In this document: positions 25,435 through 38,678 of the stretch, piece by piece
Numbering within the stretch: the stretch's first letter is position 1
How the letters are laid out: the number at the start of each line of letters is the position of its first letter
Assembly (NCBI GenBank): GCA_002104945.1
Contig: MCFH01000028.1
Span: 558,001 to 622,000, forward strand
Direction: 5' to 3'
From: Piromyces finnis finn
Lineage: Eukaryota; Fungi; Neocallimastigomycota
Length of the DNA: 64,000 nucleotides
Position numbers and translations under genes: made by a program
Notes under the pieces: model-generated
What the model was told of the DNA's origin: nothing
What the model saw: only the letters and a program-made list of their open reading frames with translations
Databases searched by the model: none

Positions 25435-26412
25435 TATTACTGTTAAAACGTTGATAACGGATTGGTAGTTATATTACAACTTTTTAACTACTTCTTCTGT
25501 TATCTTATATTGTTTTATCTCGACAGCTATTGTACGAGCTTTAACAATATCTACTAGTTTTATTAATTTATTTTAAGTTATTTTATAATTTTAATAGTTT
25601 TATTATTTTAATAATATTTATATAGAATAATAACACCAGATTTATTCTATAAAATATTATTTATTATTAACACAATAATTACAAATTAGACAAGTTTAAT
25701 TTCGTTTTTATATTTTCTTTTATTTATTGTTCTTACGCTCTTTTTAACAATAATTTTTATTATATAAAAACTTATTTTTTGTCTTTTAAATATTATTATG
25801 TATTCACTAATTAATTATATTAACTATTATTAAAATTTAACTTATTATTAGTAATCTAAGTCTTCTTATTTTCTACTAAAAAATATTATTATTCTTTATA
25901 TTAAAAATTATTTTTATAATTTAACCCAATCAAATATATAAATTTATAAAATATTTGATTTTATGTAAATTATATTTTTATAATAAACTATATAAAATTA
26001 TTTAATAATTATTTTATAATAAAATTTTCTACTAATATCAAATTTATAATATATTTATAATTATTATTTATCAAGATTTCCTCCCCTAAGATACGACTTA
26101 GTGGTAGCTGATAAAAATATTCATAAATAATAATAAATATATAAGTTTTTGATATTTTTATACTAAATATTTAAAAATTTAAAATTTTTTTTTCTATATA
26201 TATATATATATGATAAAAATAATATAAAATAAGGTTTATAAAAAAAATGATGAAAAATTTGAAAATTTTTATTAATAAAATTTTTTTTCAAAGAGAAATA
26301 AAAAAAATGAAGTGAAATTTTGTTAAATGTCGTAGTGTAAATATTTTTGTGTTTTTATATATTTTTGTAATGTAATTGTCGTATTATTTGTATATAAATG
26401 TTTAATGTGGTT

Positions 26413-28410
26413 TTATCTTTCTTTAAACTTTGAAAATAGATGAAATTTTGATTTTAATATGTCGAAATAATGTCGTTTTAAAATTGAAGTTACTGATTTG
26501 ATATAATCTTTTAGATTGAAAATAATTGAATTTGAAATACTTTCTTTTACACTTTTTATTATACTGAAATATATATTCTTAAACGAATTATTTGATGAAT
26601 TTTTGATTATATCATTTTGTTTATTTCGCTTTTTTCTTGATTTTAATTTCCTGTTAATATTAATATTCAAATGATTATATTTTAGAATTTTACTTTTATT
26701 TTTATATATCTTGATTTTGTGGCATTTTTCGTGAATAATTGGCGTTTTTTCTGCTTCATCACGGCCGACAAGATTTGACTTATTAATTGAAAATTTAATA
26801 AGTGAATCGTTTTTAATTCTTTTTGGAAATTTGCTGAAATTTGAATGAAAAATGTGATATTTTGGATAAAAATATTTATTTTTAAATTTGAATAAATGTC
26901 GAAATTTAATTGAATAAAAAAGTTTGTTTTTATTGTTAAAAGTCGAATTAAAATTTTGAATTTTGATATTATTATTAAATGAATTAAATTGAGATTCATT
27001 AATATTTGATGGATTGAAACAATGAATCATTGAAATATTTGAAAGATTATTTTTATTTTGTTTAAAATTTGAGGGACGAGCAACCATAATAGGAGATGAA
27101 TTAGTTTTCATGTAAAGAGAGTCATCATCAGGATCAATGTATAATCGGTGATTCTTTTGAGATTGACGACCTAATATAATATCATAACATGAATCTTCAT
27201 CTTCTAGAATCCAGAATAATGCATAGATTTTTAAATCACCAAATTTAAGAGTTAAATTAACAGCTTGATTTGTTGAAATAACTTGTTTGCTAGCTAATTT
27301 AAAGAAAGTTCTCTTAAAATGTGTAATATTATGATTTGCTGATATTAAATTAAAGAAGGATTTAGTAATAACATTAACATCAGAACCAGTATCTACTAAA
27401 ACTCGGACAATGTTATTATCAATTGAGCCAATGACAGAAGCAATGTTGATTTTATTAATGACATTAATTTCGTTATCTGCTATATTGATAATATCATCAT
27501 CATTGTCATTATCAGCATCATCATTGTTTTCATTATTTTTATTATTATAATTTTCATTAATGATATTAATAAATGAATTAATATCATCATCATTAAGATC
27601 CATATTTTGAATGGCGTTTATTTTCCGAACATCATTTGGATCAAGCTTTAAACCTTTGGCACAAAGTCTTCTGATGATAGGACTGACTGCAAGCAATTGT
27701 GCAAAAGAGATACCAGCATTTGTATTATTAAGGGCATCAAAAATATTATATTCTTTATTTTTGCCCAACATGACAATAGAACGTAGGAAGTCATAATAGT
27801 TGCTTTTGGGAGACTTTTTGCTATCTATAACTTCTTCTAATTCGTCCTGTTTACTTGGTATATCTGGACCAATTCTTCTTTTATTTCTGGTTTCTTTATT
27901 TTTCATCTTAGCAGAGGAAATATTCTTGCCTGCAATTACCGAGGGGTCTAAGATGTCTAGGCGGGAAGTAGTGGTATGAAAATTTGAATTTTTCTCATTA
28001 CGAATTTCTTGCTGTTCTTTCATCTGAGTGGCCTTTGTATGTATTGGTAATGGATTTTCTCGAAGTTTCTTTTTCTTCGACTGAGTCACGTGATCCTCAT
28101 CATCACTTTCATCACTTTCTTCAGAACTTTTTCTCTTGAATGCATAAATAAGGTTTTCGATGTCCTTATCATCGACTGTATTTGTCACGTGATCACGTGT
28201 AACGTAATCCTTATCATCTTCATTGATTGGATCATCCACCAAAGGGTTAGAGAATTTTTCTTTAGAATTTGGAAATTTTTTTGTTTTATGGAAATCACGT
28301 GTATCATCAACATAGATTTGCTCATTAATGTTGTTGATGTTGTGGGTTTGGTTATTATCAATTTTGGAGTTAGAAGGGGAAGATTGAGAACTTCCCCCAT
28401 TTAATTTAAA
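26413..28410 (-). CDS. E1 second ORF (-1 frame): spacer + retropepsin-type aspartic protease + low-complexity tail
   Basis: Open from the T TTA AAT slip site into the 609-aa ORF. Contains VLVDTGSDVNVI and YDIILGR, and no YxDD. Confidence 0.85.
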   Translation of the reverse strand, partial: FKLNGGSSQSSPSNSKIDNNQTHNINNINEQIYVDDTRDFHKTKKFPNSKEKFSNPLVDDPINEDDKDYVTRDHVTNTVDDKDIENLIYAFKRKSSEESDESDDEDHVTQSKKKKLRENPLPIHTKATQMKEQQEIRNEKNSNFHTTTSRLDILDPSVIAGKNISSAKMKNKETRNKRRIGPDIPSKQDELEEVIDSKKSPKSNYYDFLRSIVMLGKNKEYNIFDALNNTNAGISFAQLLAVSPIIRRLCAKGLKLDPNDVRKINAIQNMDLNDDDINSFINIINENYNNKNNENNDDADNDNDDDIINIADNEINVINKINIASVIGSIDNNIVRVLVDTGSDVNVITKSFFNLISANHNITHFKRTFFKLASKQVISTNQAVNLTLKFGDLKIYALFWILEDEDSCYDIILGRQSQKNHRLYIDPDDDSLYMKTNSSPIMVARPSNFKQNKNNLSNISMIHCFNPSNINESQFNSFNNNIKIQNFNSTFNNKNKLFYSIKFRHLFKFKNKYFYPKYHIFHSNFSKFPKRIKNDSLIKFSINKSNLVGRDEAEKTPIIHEKCHKIKIYKNKSKILKYNHLNININRKLKSRKKRNKQNDIIKNSSNNSFKNIYFSIIKSVKESISNSIIFNLKDYIKSVTSILKRHYFDILKSKFHLFSKFKER

Positions 28411-29255
28411 TGGTTTTGGGTTTTGAGGAGGGTAGCTATGATTTTGTTCACATCGGTCATTTCGTTTGGGCAGAAGCGGGCATCATGTCCTTTCTGGTTA
28501 CAACGGTGGCAGATATGAATTTTCATCTGGGCAAAGCTTTTGGTCAAAGCATCCAGATCTGATTCTTTAGCTTCTTCTTTAGTAGTCTTTTCATTATCAG
28601 TACTACTATTATTTTCGTTATTATTATAAGAGGTTTTATCTTCAACTTCTGTTTTTCTCTTATAATAATTATTTTTGTTTTGAGTTCTTTTATTGGGTAC
28701 ATATTCATCATCACTTTCATAAGCAGATAGAAGCTCATCTGCTTTAATAGCAATGACCATAGCATCCTTTAAAGTTTTTGGTTGTTTGTTAATAAGAGAA
28801 TTTAATATAGAAGTTCTCCTATTAAAAGCTTTTGTATAAAGAAAAACAAGTCTTTCTTCAGAAGGCTTGTCCCTTTCTTTAATTTCTTTCAAGAGGTCAT
28901 TGAAGGAACGATTGAATTCTCTAACTGAACTCTTGTTTATTTTAATTTTTTCTAGTTTATTGAGGTTCTTATTGGAAGTTTTATCATCCTCAAATAAGTT
29001 AGATATTTTATTGATAAATTCATTATAAGATAGGGATCTATCTTCATAATAAATATCGCTACAAAGATCCTTAGTTTTGTCCGAAGTAGCGATTAGAGCA
29101 ACTCTTTTTTTTTCTTTTTCAGAAAGGTTTAAGTCCTCCAAGATATCTTCGAGTTCCATCTTCCATCTAAAGAACTTGGTAGTTTTCTTTCCGAGAGGGC
29201 TTATTTCTTTGGCCATACTTGCGGCTCTTTCAAAGTTATTCTTATCTTCGGACAT
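28401..29255 (-). CDS. gag: E1 Gag with CCHC zinc knuckle
   Basis: 284-aa ORF with CHRCNQKGHDARFC, ending ..HLN* at the slippery site. Confidence 0.88.
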   Translation of the reverse strand: MSEDKNNFERAASMAKEISPLGKKTTKFFRWKMELEDILEDLNLSEKEKKRVALIATSDKTKDLCSDIYYEDRSLSYNEFINKISNLFEDDKTSNKNLNKLEKIKINKSSVREFNRSFNDLLKEIKERDKPSEERLVFLYTKAFNRRTSILNSLINKQPKTLKDAMVIAIKADELLSAYESDDEYVPNKRTQNKNNYYKRKTEVEDKTSYNNNENNSSTDNEKTTKEEAKESDLDALTKSFAQMKIHICHRCNQKGHDARFCPNEMTDVNKIIATLLKTQNHLN

Positions 29256-29340
29256 ATTTATTAATTTAATTAAATAAATATGCTATATATATAAGTAAAC
29301 AGGAATTTTATATTTTCGGCTATCCCACGGGACGACTGAG

Positions 29341-29351
29341 GTTCTCCACCA
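29341..29351 (-). promoter_or_regulatory. E1 primer-binding site, tRNA-Ala type
   Basis: TGGTGGAGAAC is complementary to a ..TTCTCCACCA tRNA-Ala 3' end. Confidence 0.8.
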
Positions 29352-29979
29352 CTTGATAACGGATTGGTAGTTATATTACAACTTTTTAACTACTTCTTCT
29401 GTTATCTTATATTGTTTTATCTCGACAGCTATTGTACGAGCTTTAACAATATCTACTAGTTTTATTAATTTATTTTAAGTTATTTTATAATTTTAATAGT
29501 TTTATTATTTTAATAATATTTATATAGAATAATAACACCAGATTTATTCTATAAAATATTATTTATTATTAACACAATAATTACAAATTAGACAAGTTTA
29601 ATTTCGTTTTTATATTTTCTTTTATTTATTGTTCTTACGCTCTTTTTAACAATAATTTTTATTATATAAAAACTTATTTTTTGTCTTTTAAATATTATTA
29701 TGTATTCACTAATTAATTATATTAACTATTATTAAAATTTAACTTATTATTAGTAATCTAAGTCTTCTTATTTTCTACTAAAAAATATTATTATTCTTTA
29801 TATTAAAAATTATTTTTATAATTTAACCCAATCAAATATATAAATTTATAAAATATTTGATTTTATGTAAATTATATTTTTATAATAAACTATATAAAAT
29901 TATTTAATAATTATTTTATAATAAAATTTTCTACTAATATCAAATTTATAATATATTTATAATTATTATTTATCAACGT

Positions 29980-31079
29980 TGATACGCTACTCACATAAAA
30001 ACGTAATAAAAACTAGCCGAATAAACACGACTTAACCCATAGCGACTTATAATAAAAATAAAAGATAATAACCCTTAAAAATGAATAAATAATAATTTTA
30101 TGGAAATATAACCCTTTCTTTTAAATAAATAATATTCTCTTTATTAAATAATAAATTATGAATAAAAACGACTTAATAGAGATAATAATAAAATAAATTA
30201 TTAAATAAAATAAAACGACTCAATCCAAAAATGTATTAAAATAATAAAATAATAATAAGTAAATAAAAATGAATAAATAAACTAAAAAAATAAAATGATA
30301 TACATTAAATTATTAATTCTAGTGTTTTATCCAAGTGTTCTTTAGAAATTCTTTCAAACTTATATATATAAATTAACAAATAAATAACTGAGTAATTATT
30401 ACTAAAAGTGATTAATTTAAAGCCTGGAAATAGAACAATAATAACAATTTTAAAGATAAAATACAGAACTCTTTTATGTTTCTGTATAAAATGTGTTTAT
30501 ATTAATTGATACTTTTAATATTTGATTTTATTAATTTTATTTCAATTTTTATTTTAATTTTTATTTTAATTTAATATTATTTTAATTTTAAATTTTAATT
30601 ATTTTATTCAAGGTATTATACATTTAATGATAGTTAATGATAATTTATAATAGTTTTTCTAATTTTAAACATTTTGAAGTAATAAGAAAATCAAATAAGT
30701 AATATTCTATAATATTTTATAATACTAAGACATAATTTTAATTTATTCTTTTAATTTTAATAAATAATAACAATAGTAATAATAACATTTAATAGTTAAA
30801 AATAATAATACATGTAATAAATGAAAATGTATAAAAGGAAGATAAAATTCTTCTTTATAAGGGGCGGACAATAAATAGACAATAAATAAATTATAAATAT
30901 AATAAAGAGATAATTTAAACATAATAAAAAGAGTTTATTTTCGAGTTTTTGAGTGATTTATTTGTTAATTATAAAACATATTTTATTTTATTTTAAATTT
31001 ATTGTTTCATCATAAATATTAGAATTTATTATTTATTAAAAATATTATATTATTCAAAAATATATCGGTCAACGCATCA
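29980..31079. mobile_element. Z: probable solo LTR (1100 bp), termini like E2 LTR
   Basis: Starts TGATACG and ends CGCATCA (E2 LTR: TGATAC..GCATCA). Flanks ACGT / ATGT fit a 4-bp TSD with one transition. No second copy in the window. Confidence 0.6.
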
Positions 31080-31082
31080 ATG

Positions 31083-31884
31083 TGATAAATAATGAAATTA
31101 ATAAATATAAAATTATTATTATACCTGATTTTTAAGTTAACCCTAAAAGTAACTTAAAACAAGTTATAGTTTAATTAAGTACTTTACCAAAATTCTTAAA
31201 TAAAATTAATCCTAAACACTGCATATGTTTTGATTATTGAAAGAAAATAATAAACTTTAATTAATCGAGATCAAAATATATAACTTTTGTTAAATTAATT
31301 GTTAAATTAAATGTTTAATAACTTCGTTAGTAAATTACACTTTAAAAGTAAACAAATATAATAATTCATGTTATAAAATAATATAATTAAACACTTTTAT
31401 TAAAATACTAAAAATAATTATTACTTTAATTAATTGTAAAATAAACAACTTTTTATATTCTTTAACTTTTAATTATTTCTTTTATTGTTATTTCTAATTA
31501 CTTTTATTGTAAATAGTTATTAATTTTATTGTTTTAATGTAAATAGTTTAAATTCAAAAGAAAATATAAATACATGTAAATATTCTTATTTTAATCATTA
31601 TTATTATTATTAATAAAGAAATATTATATAGTTAGATTAATATTTTATAATTTTAATAATCACTTTTATACTTAAATAAATAAAATTTTAAATATTTAAA
31701 TATTAGAAAAACAAGTGTTTCTAATAAAACAATTTAGTGTTTTAACAAAACAATTTTATTAATTTTTATAAAAACGATTTTAAATCTTAATCAATATAAC
31801 TTATATAGTTATAACAAAAGATATAATATAATAATCACTTTTTGAAGTAAAATTCAAAATTAAGATTATTATCAAATTATATCA
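31083..31884. mobile_element. W: probable solo LTR (802 bp), termini like E1 LTR
   Basis: TGATAA...ATATCA, flanked by AATG (31079-82) and AATG (31885-88). Confidence 0.6.
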
Positions 31885-32656
31885 AATGTTGATACAAGAT
31901 GCATAGAAAAATATAATATTTTAAATATTTTATGAATAATATCTAATCCTTTTATAAATTGTATATCAATTACTAATGATAATAATAATTAAACTATATT
32001 AGTATAAATTATTATGACGCAAATGTTACACATACATTAGAATAATTAGTTACACAAGAAAGGAAAAGATATAAAAGAGAGTGTTAAAGCAGAAGATATC
32101 AAGAGAGAGAACTTTTCATTTATAAATAATTTTTGATATTTTAGTTTTAAGTATTAGTTTTATTTTATTTTATTTTTATATTAATAGTTTTAGTTTAAGT
32201 TAGTTTTAGGTTAATAATTACGTATTTAGTATTTATTATATTTCCTTCAGTTTAAATATTAGTTATAAAAGAAAAGAATATTTATTGTTTATTTTTACTA
32301 TTTCAGAAAAGTTATATTTTATCATTAATAATACTTTCATCAACATATTTTTATATTTACACATTATATTTAACTATTTATATTTATTCAATAATAACTT
32401 TCGATCCTATTAGTATTGAATGTTATTAATGTTATAATCATAATAATAATAATAATTAAATAAAGAATCTTTAAACCAAAATCTATTTAATTATATTATT
32501 ATAAAATTTATTATTTTTATTATTTATTTTTATTATTATAAAATAGAAATAAATACAATATTAACTAATATATTATTCATATATCATTCCCTATTGCTAA
32601 CGTTCATAATTATATTTTATTTATGGTGTTTTTGAAATATATTGCATCATAAAATT

Positions 32657-32673
32657 TGGTGGAGAATCCGGGC
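32657..32673 (+). promoter_or_regulatory. E2 primer-binding site, tRNA-Ala type
   Basis: 17-nt TGGTGGAGAATCCGGGC, 7 nt after the LTR. Confidence 0.85.
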
Positions 32674-32905
32674 GTAGCAATATTGAATAATATGAAACAT
32701 TAATAGTATTATTTCTATTCTAATTATATTTATTTTTTTTTTTTATTATTTTTAATTAAAATAAGTTCTTTTATATAAATAAAACTTTCTACTATAAAAC
32801 TATTAAATATACACAAATATTATATATATATATATAAAATTATTATAACAATAATATATAAGAAGTTATTATATAAATTTATTTTAAAATAAATAAATAA
32901 TTAAA

Positions 32906-34363
32906 ATGGTTGACGCCACTAAAGTAAAAAGAGACCTTCCATACCTCTGCGATTATGGAAAGGATATTGATTCCTGGATGGAGGATTTTATAAGTGTCAT
33001 GGAGATCCATGATATACAAGAGCCCTCTAGAATATTTATGTGGTTAAAAGTTGCCGTTGAAGCAGATATCAAGAATGTTTTGAAATCTTTATGTACCTCT
33101 CATAATAACGTTAAAAGGTATCCTACTTATAAAGAGGTACAATCTGCTATTGAAGATTATCTGGAAATAAAGCCAGGGGATAAATGTTCAGTATTAAAAA
33201 CATTAAAAATTAAACAAAACGAAACTATAAAAAGCTTCAACTATAAATACTTAACTCTTTACCACCGCTTGGAAAGAGATTTTATGAAAATTATTTCTGT
33301 GGATGACTATTTAAACTCTATTAAGAAAAGAGTTTATCCACACTCCCAAGTTATATTAGCCGAATGTGAAACATTATCTGAAGCTTTTAAAGTTGCTGAA
33401 AAGGCTGAGAAAGCCGAAAGAAGAACCATAGAAAGTACTGAAACTAACAATATTTCTATGGTATACCAAAATACAAAAAATACTCGAAATGTTTTGTTAG
33501 ACCATCCGTTATATAGAGGATTAGTAGATGATGATAATGTTAATATTAACCATAGCAATTTTAATAACTCTTATTCAAATTATGTACAAGAAAAGCCTAT
33601 CGGAAGATCCTATCCAGGTATCCCAAGAAATTATGAAAATGTGTATTTTAATAATAGTAACTTCCGGAGTATCAGATGTTACTATTGCAAGCAAATGGGA
33701 CATAAAGCTAGTGAATGCCCAAATAAAAGAGAAAGAAATAATTTCAATAATTTCAATAATTTTAATCAATTTAATAATCAAAGAAATTCTTATAACAGAT
33801 ATGGAAATTTATATAATAATAATGATAACAATAATTACAACAATAATAGTTATTTAAATGGATTTAATACTAATACTAATAACAACAACCAAAAGGATAA
33901 TAGAAACATTAATGAAAATAATTATATGGATTATCATCATAAAAATAACTATAATAATATGAATAACAATTATTATATGTACACCAATAATGATTATAAG
34001 AAAGGTAATTTTAATCCAAATGGAAATTACAATTATAATGAAAGTAATAATATTAATAGCTACAATAATTATAATAATACTATTGGATATAATGGATATA
34101 ATAATAATGGTTTTAATAGTTATAATAAAAACAACACAATGAATAATAATACATTTAATAACGTCAGTAATGTTAATAAGAATAATATGAGGAACAACAT
34201 TAATGATAGTGATAACAGGAACAATATTAATAATAATTACCCTAATCAATTAAATAATCAATATTATAATAATTATTATAATAAGACCTTACCAGAAAAT
34301 AATTACAATAAAGCAACCAAAATAAATTTAAACAATCCATCTGAATCAAATAATTTAAACTAG
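32906..34363 (+). CDS. gag: E2 Gag with CCHC knuckle and long Asn-rich tail
   Basis: 485-aa ORF with CYYCKQMGHKASEC. Confidence 0.9.
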   Translation: MVDATKVKRDLPYLCDYGKDIDSWMEDFISVMEIHDIQEPSRIFMWLKVAVEADIKNVLKSLCTSHNNVKRYPTYKEVQSAIEDYLEIKPGDKCSVLKTLKIKQNETIKSFNYKYLTLYHRLERDFMKIISVDDYLNSIKKRVYPHSQVILAECETLSEAFKVAEKAEKAERRTIESTETNNISMVYQNTKNTRNVLLDHPLYRGLVDDDNVNINHSNFNNSYSNYVQEKPIGRSYPGIPRNYENVYFNNSNFRSIRCYYCKQMGHKASECPNKRERNNFNNFNNFNQFNNQRNSYNRYGNLYNNNDNNNYNNNSYLNGFNTNTNNNNQKDNRNINENNYMDYHHKNNYNNMNNNYYMYTNNDYKKGNFNPNGNYNYNESNNINSYNNYNNTIGYNGYNNNGFNSYNKNNTMNNNTFNNVSNVNKNNMRNNINDSDNRNNINNNYPNQLNNQYYNNYYNKTLPENNYNKATKINLNNPSESNNLN

Positions 34364-34587
34364 TTTATGGGAGAAGGACAACTCCCAGTAATCAAACCAA
34401 GTTTGGCAATTCTTTTGATTCAAATGATGAAATAAATGAAAATATTATGTATGTTCATAATAATAATAATGAACTAAATGGGAATAATTATTTCTATGAT
34501 AGTCATAATGTTAATTTTAACAACAATCCTAATACTAATTTTATTTATAATGATACTAATAATAATAATAATAACAATTCTTATGAT

Positions 34588-34632
<45 letters not shown>

Positions 34633-37600
34633 TCTTATGATATTAATAATAATAATAATTATATATATGACAATAATACTTATGTTTATGATATTAAACA
34701 CAATGATAATAATTATGATATTAGTGATAATAAGGATAACTATATATATAATGAAAATAACTATGATGTTTATGCTACTAACTATAATAATCATGATGAT
34801 AATAATAATAATAAAGACTTTAACATAAATTGTGAAAATATTTATAATAATATCAACGAATATAAATGTAACAATATTAATAATATTAATAAAGACAATG
34901 ATAAGTACATGGAAAACAACAATAATGTTTATGAGAAAGATTATGGAATATTAAATAATTCTTGTGGGTGTGATAGAAGTTGTACATCTAATAATAATAA
35001 TATGATAAGAAATTGTAAGACATTAAATATAAAAGAACAATATTATAATAGACAACAAGAAAATAAGAATGAGTACTGACATATAGGTGAAGATAATGAA
35101 GTGGTAGCTGTTACTCAGAAGAATGAAAAATTAAATAAGTCTAAAAGGTTAACACCATTTAAAGATACCGAAAGAAAATTAAAAGAAAACCCTATTCCTT
35201 TTAGCACACCTGCTTTAAAATTAGCTAAACGGAAAATGAACAATAATAAAACTAATAAAAGCGTAGCTATGGATGAAGATACCACATTAGAGGAAACTAT
35301 TGAAACCAATACTATGAATGAAAATAAAAGTCCAGATAATAATCCAAAGAAGGAAAAACAGGTATCATTTTCTGAAGATGTGAAATCAATTAAAGAATCA
35401 GAAATAATAGTTTTAGATGATAATATTACCAAAGGAAATAACAAAAGTGATAAAGTCTTAGAAACCACTAATGATACTAGTAAAACAAATAAATTAAATT
35501 ACTTAGATTTGTCTGTTATAAATAAACCCAATATTTCAAATGCAAAAAAATTAAGTAAACAAGAAAAATTAAATGAAATAAAGAATAATTTAAATGATAG
35601 TATAAAAGAAATCCAATCTCTGAGTAAAACTAGTAATCCAAAATTAGAAAAACATATTAAAATGATGGAATTAATTGATGATTTCAAAATCAATGATTTA
35701 ATAAAAGAAGTTGCCTCTACTGATGTAGTAACAAAGTTAGGTTATCTTTTAGATTTATTTCCGAAATTTAGATCCGAATTTATTAAAGCTTTGAAATTAA
35801 AAGAAATTGATAAGAAATCTCTAATAAATGTTATGACTGTTATTGGAAGTCATAAAGTCATTAAGGTTAATGGATTTATAGAAAATCGACCATCGGAAAT
35901 ATTCTTAGATTCTTGTGCTAGTGTAAACCTAATTACTACTGCTGCACTAAAGAAATTCAATATCAAGAAATTACCAGTTGGTAGAGTATCTGAAAAAATA
36001 TTTCAAGTGTACTCAAATAGTTCTATTGATTCAAATATCTATGAACTTAAGATTACAATTGGAAATCACACATTTACAGATCACTTTAGAGAGGTAGAAA
36101 AAGATGATATCTTTGATGTACTTGTTGGAATTGCTACATTGAAAAGAAATAATTTTATTTTAAATTTAGTTGACGATTCTTTATTACATGTTAATAATAA
36201 TAATGAATGTATTAAATTAACACATTTACTCTATGATGTAAATTTTAATAATTCAAATAATATTAATAAAGATGATGATAAAAACTATATAGAGTACGAG
36301 TTGAGTAAATTTAATAGTGTGTGTTCTAATAATAATGCTCCTGATAAAATTTCCAATTTAAGAGTTTCTGATTTTATAAATAACTGTGAAAGTAATATAT
36401 CTTATGTTCCTAATAATATTACTACTAAAAATAGTTATAAATCTGATGATAATGCTTTATTTAAAAATTCCTGTTCTAGTCCACTTCCTGTTTTTATATC
36501 AATTGTCAAAGAAGATATCTCTTCTAATATTTCTAATAATAATGGTAGTGATAAGAAGCAGCTTATTATAAATGATATAATAAATGAAATACCTATTGAT
36601 AGTAGAAATAATATAAAGCAACTATTTTCTGAGTATAGAGATGTAGTGGCAATAAAGACAGATGATTTAGGTCATTCTAAATTAATGCCACATAGAATAA
36701 ATTTAGTTCCTGGAACCCAACCTATTAAACAACATGCATATAGATTATCTAAAGTGCAAGCTGATGCATTAAAAAATGAATTAATTAAGCTTATTGATAA
36801 TAAATTGATTGTTCCTTCTAGTTCGTCATGGTCATCCACAGTAGTCTTAGTACCTAAGAAGAATAATCAAATAAGAATGTGTGTTGACTATAGAAAGGTA
36901 AATAATTGTACTATAAAAGATGCATATGCACTTCCCTTGATTGATGATATTTTATACTATGTGGGTAATGCTACTATTTTATCTACTATTGATTTGTTTT
37001 CGGGTTATCATCAAATACCTATGCATCCTGATGATAGAGACATAACTTGCTTCACTACCATATATGGAAATTTTAATTTCCAAGTTATGCCTTTTGGACT
37101 TTGTAATGCACCGGCCACTTTTCAACGTGAAATGAATCGTATATTTTTTGATTTAATTGGTGTATGTGTATTTGTTTATATAGATGACCTTGTTATTTAT
37201 TCTAATTCATTGGAGCAACATTATGAAGACATCAAAAAGGTTTTTAAAATTTTACATAATAACGGTTTAAAAATTAATGTAGAGAAATGTCATTTTTTTA
37301 AAGAAGAAGTGGAACTACTTGGTCACACTCTTTCTACTAAAGGTATTAAACCTATTGATTCTAAAGTTCAAGTTATTATTAATTGGCTACCGCCTAAAAA
37401 TATTAAACAATTACGTTCGTTTTTAGGTGCTATTGGTTATTATAGAAAGTTCATTTCTAACTTTGCTCAAGTAGCCAAACCTTTATATGATCTAACAAAA
37501 AAGAATGTTACATTTGAATGAAATGATATTTCTAATAATGCTTTTGATACTCTAAAAAATAAATTAGCTATCGCACCTATTCTTACTCCTCCAGATTTCA

Positions 37601-38001
37601 ATAAACAATTTATAATACGTACTGATGCATCTAAATCAGGAATAGGTGGTGTACTTATTCAATTAGATAATGACGGCTTTGAAAAACCTCTCTATTTTGA
37701 AAGTAGAACATTATCTAATTCAGAATTAAATTATAGTATTACTGAACTTGAAGGATTAGCTGCTTTTTACTGTGTGTGTAAATTCAAACCATTTATAACT
37801 GGCAACAATCTTGAAACATTGTTGTATACTGATCATAAACCTTTGGTCTATATTTTTAATAGTAAAGAACCCTCATCAAGTCGTCATGTTAAATGGATAA
37901 CAGAGTTCAGCATTTTGAAGGTTAAAGTCTTATATGAAGAGGGGAGGAAGAATGTTATAGCTGATGCTTTATCAAGACTTCAAAGTAAATCAGGAAATGA
38001 A

Positions 38002-38104
<103 letters not shown>

Positions 38105-38678
38105 TAAATGAAAAATATGATAGCAGAAAAATCAATAATATAAAGGATATAATGGAAGAAAATATAATTAAAAATAAGAAAGAAGAATGTTCATTATTTA
38201 TAAATGATAATACAGCAAATAATAATAATATAAATAATGATTTATTTAATAATACTAATATTCCAGATAATAAACTTGGAAAAAATTATGTTAATAATTA
38301 TAATATTAATTATGATAAAAATAACAAACTGAATGATATGATATTAATTGGAAATTATAATGAAAATTGTAAAACAGATTTTGATTATATAAATAATGGA
38401 AATGATAATAATATAGAAAGTGATAATAATAGTGATATTTGTAAAGACAATAATAATGTTATGATAAATATTAATGAGAATAACAACAAAAGAAATATGA
38501 ATGATAATTATCTATATTCAAATACGAATAATAATAGAAATATGCTAAACAATTTTATTGAAGATTTTATAACTAAAAGATTTGTATACATTGATGGAGT
38601 TCAATATTATAAACAAAATGATTTATTAAGAAAAGTTATTACAAATAGTGATGAAAAATGGAAACTAATTAATGAAGC

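Larger units (their letters stand above)
25452..29975 (-). mobile_element. E1: intact non-autonomous Ty3/Gypsy-type LTR element (Gag + protease only), 4524 bp
   Basis: 622-bp LTRs 25452-26073 and 29354-29975 (TGATAA...TTATCA), no differences seen by eye. 4-bp TSD ACGT (25448-51 and 29976-79). PBS TGGTGGAGAA 2 nt inside the right LTR. PPT AGGGGAGGAAA next to the left LTR. No RT, RNase H or integrase motifs. Confidence 0.93.

Noticed and set aside
25441-25451. TGTTAAAA as the start of another LTR next to the tRNA
   Set aside because: No matching CA end with a TSD was found; the reconstruction explains it as native tRNA upstream sequence.
26074-26120. Ty3-like bipartite PBS near the 3' end of E1 (AGTGGTAG matches a tRNA D-loop)
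   Set aside because: Only 8 nt, and no equivalent was found in E2 or E3.
33334-34828. Ile-rich antisense and off-frame ORFs over E2, and similar short antisense ORFs over E3, E5 and E7
   Set aside because: Shadows of AAT-rich or stop-poor coding strands; no independent motifs.
35074-35085. Programmed readthrough at TAC TGA CAT in E2 pol
   Set aside because: E3 and E1 have no stop at the equivalent place, and E2 carries other lesions (TGA 37519, Cys to Trp), so a point mutation is simpler. Not fully excluded without other copies.
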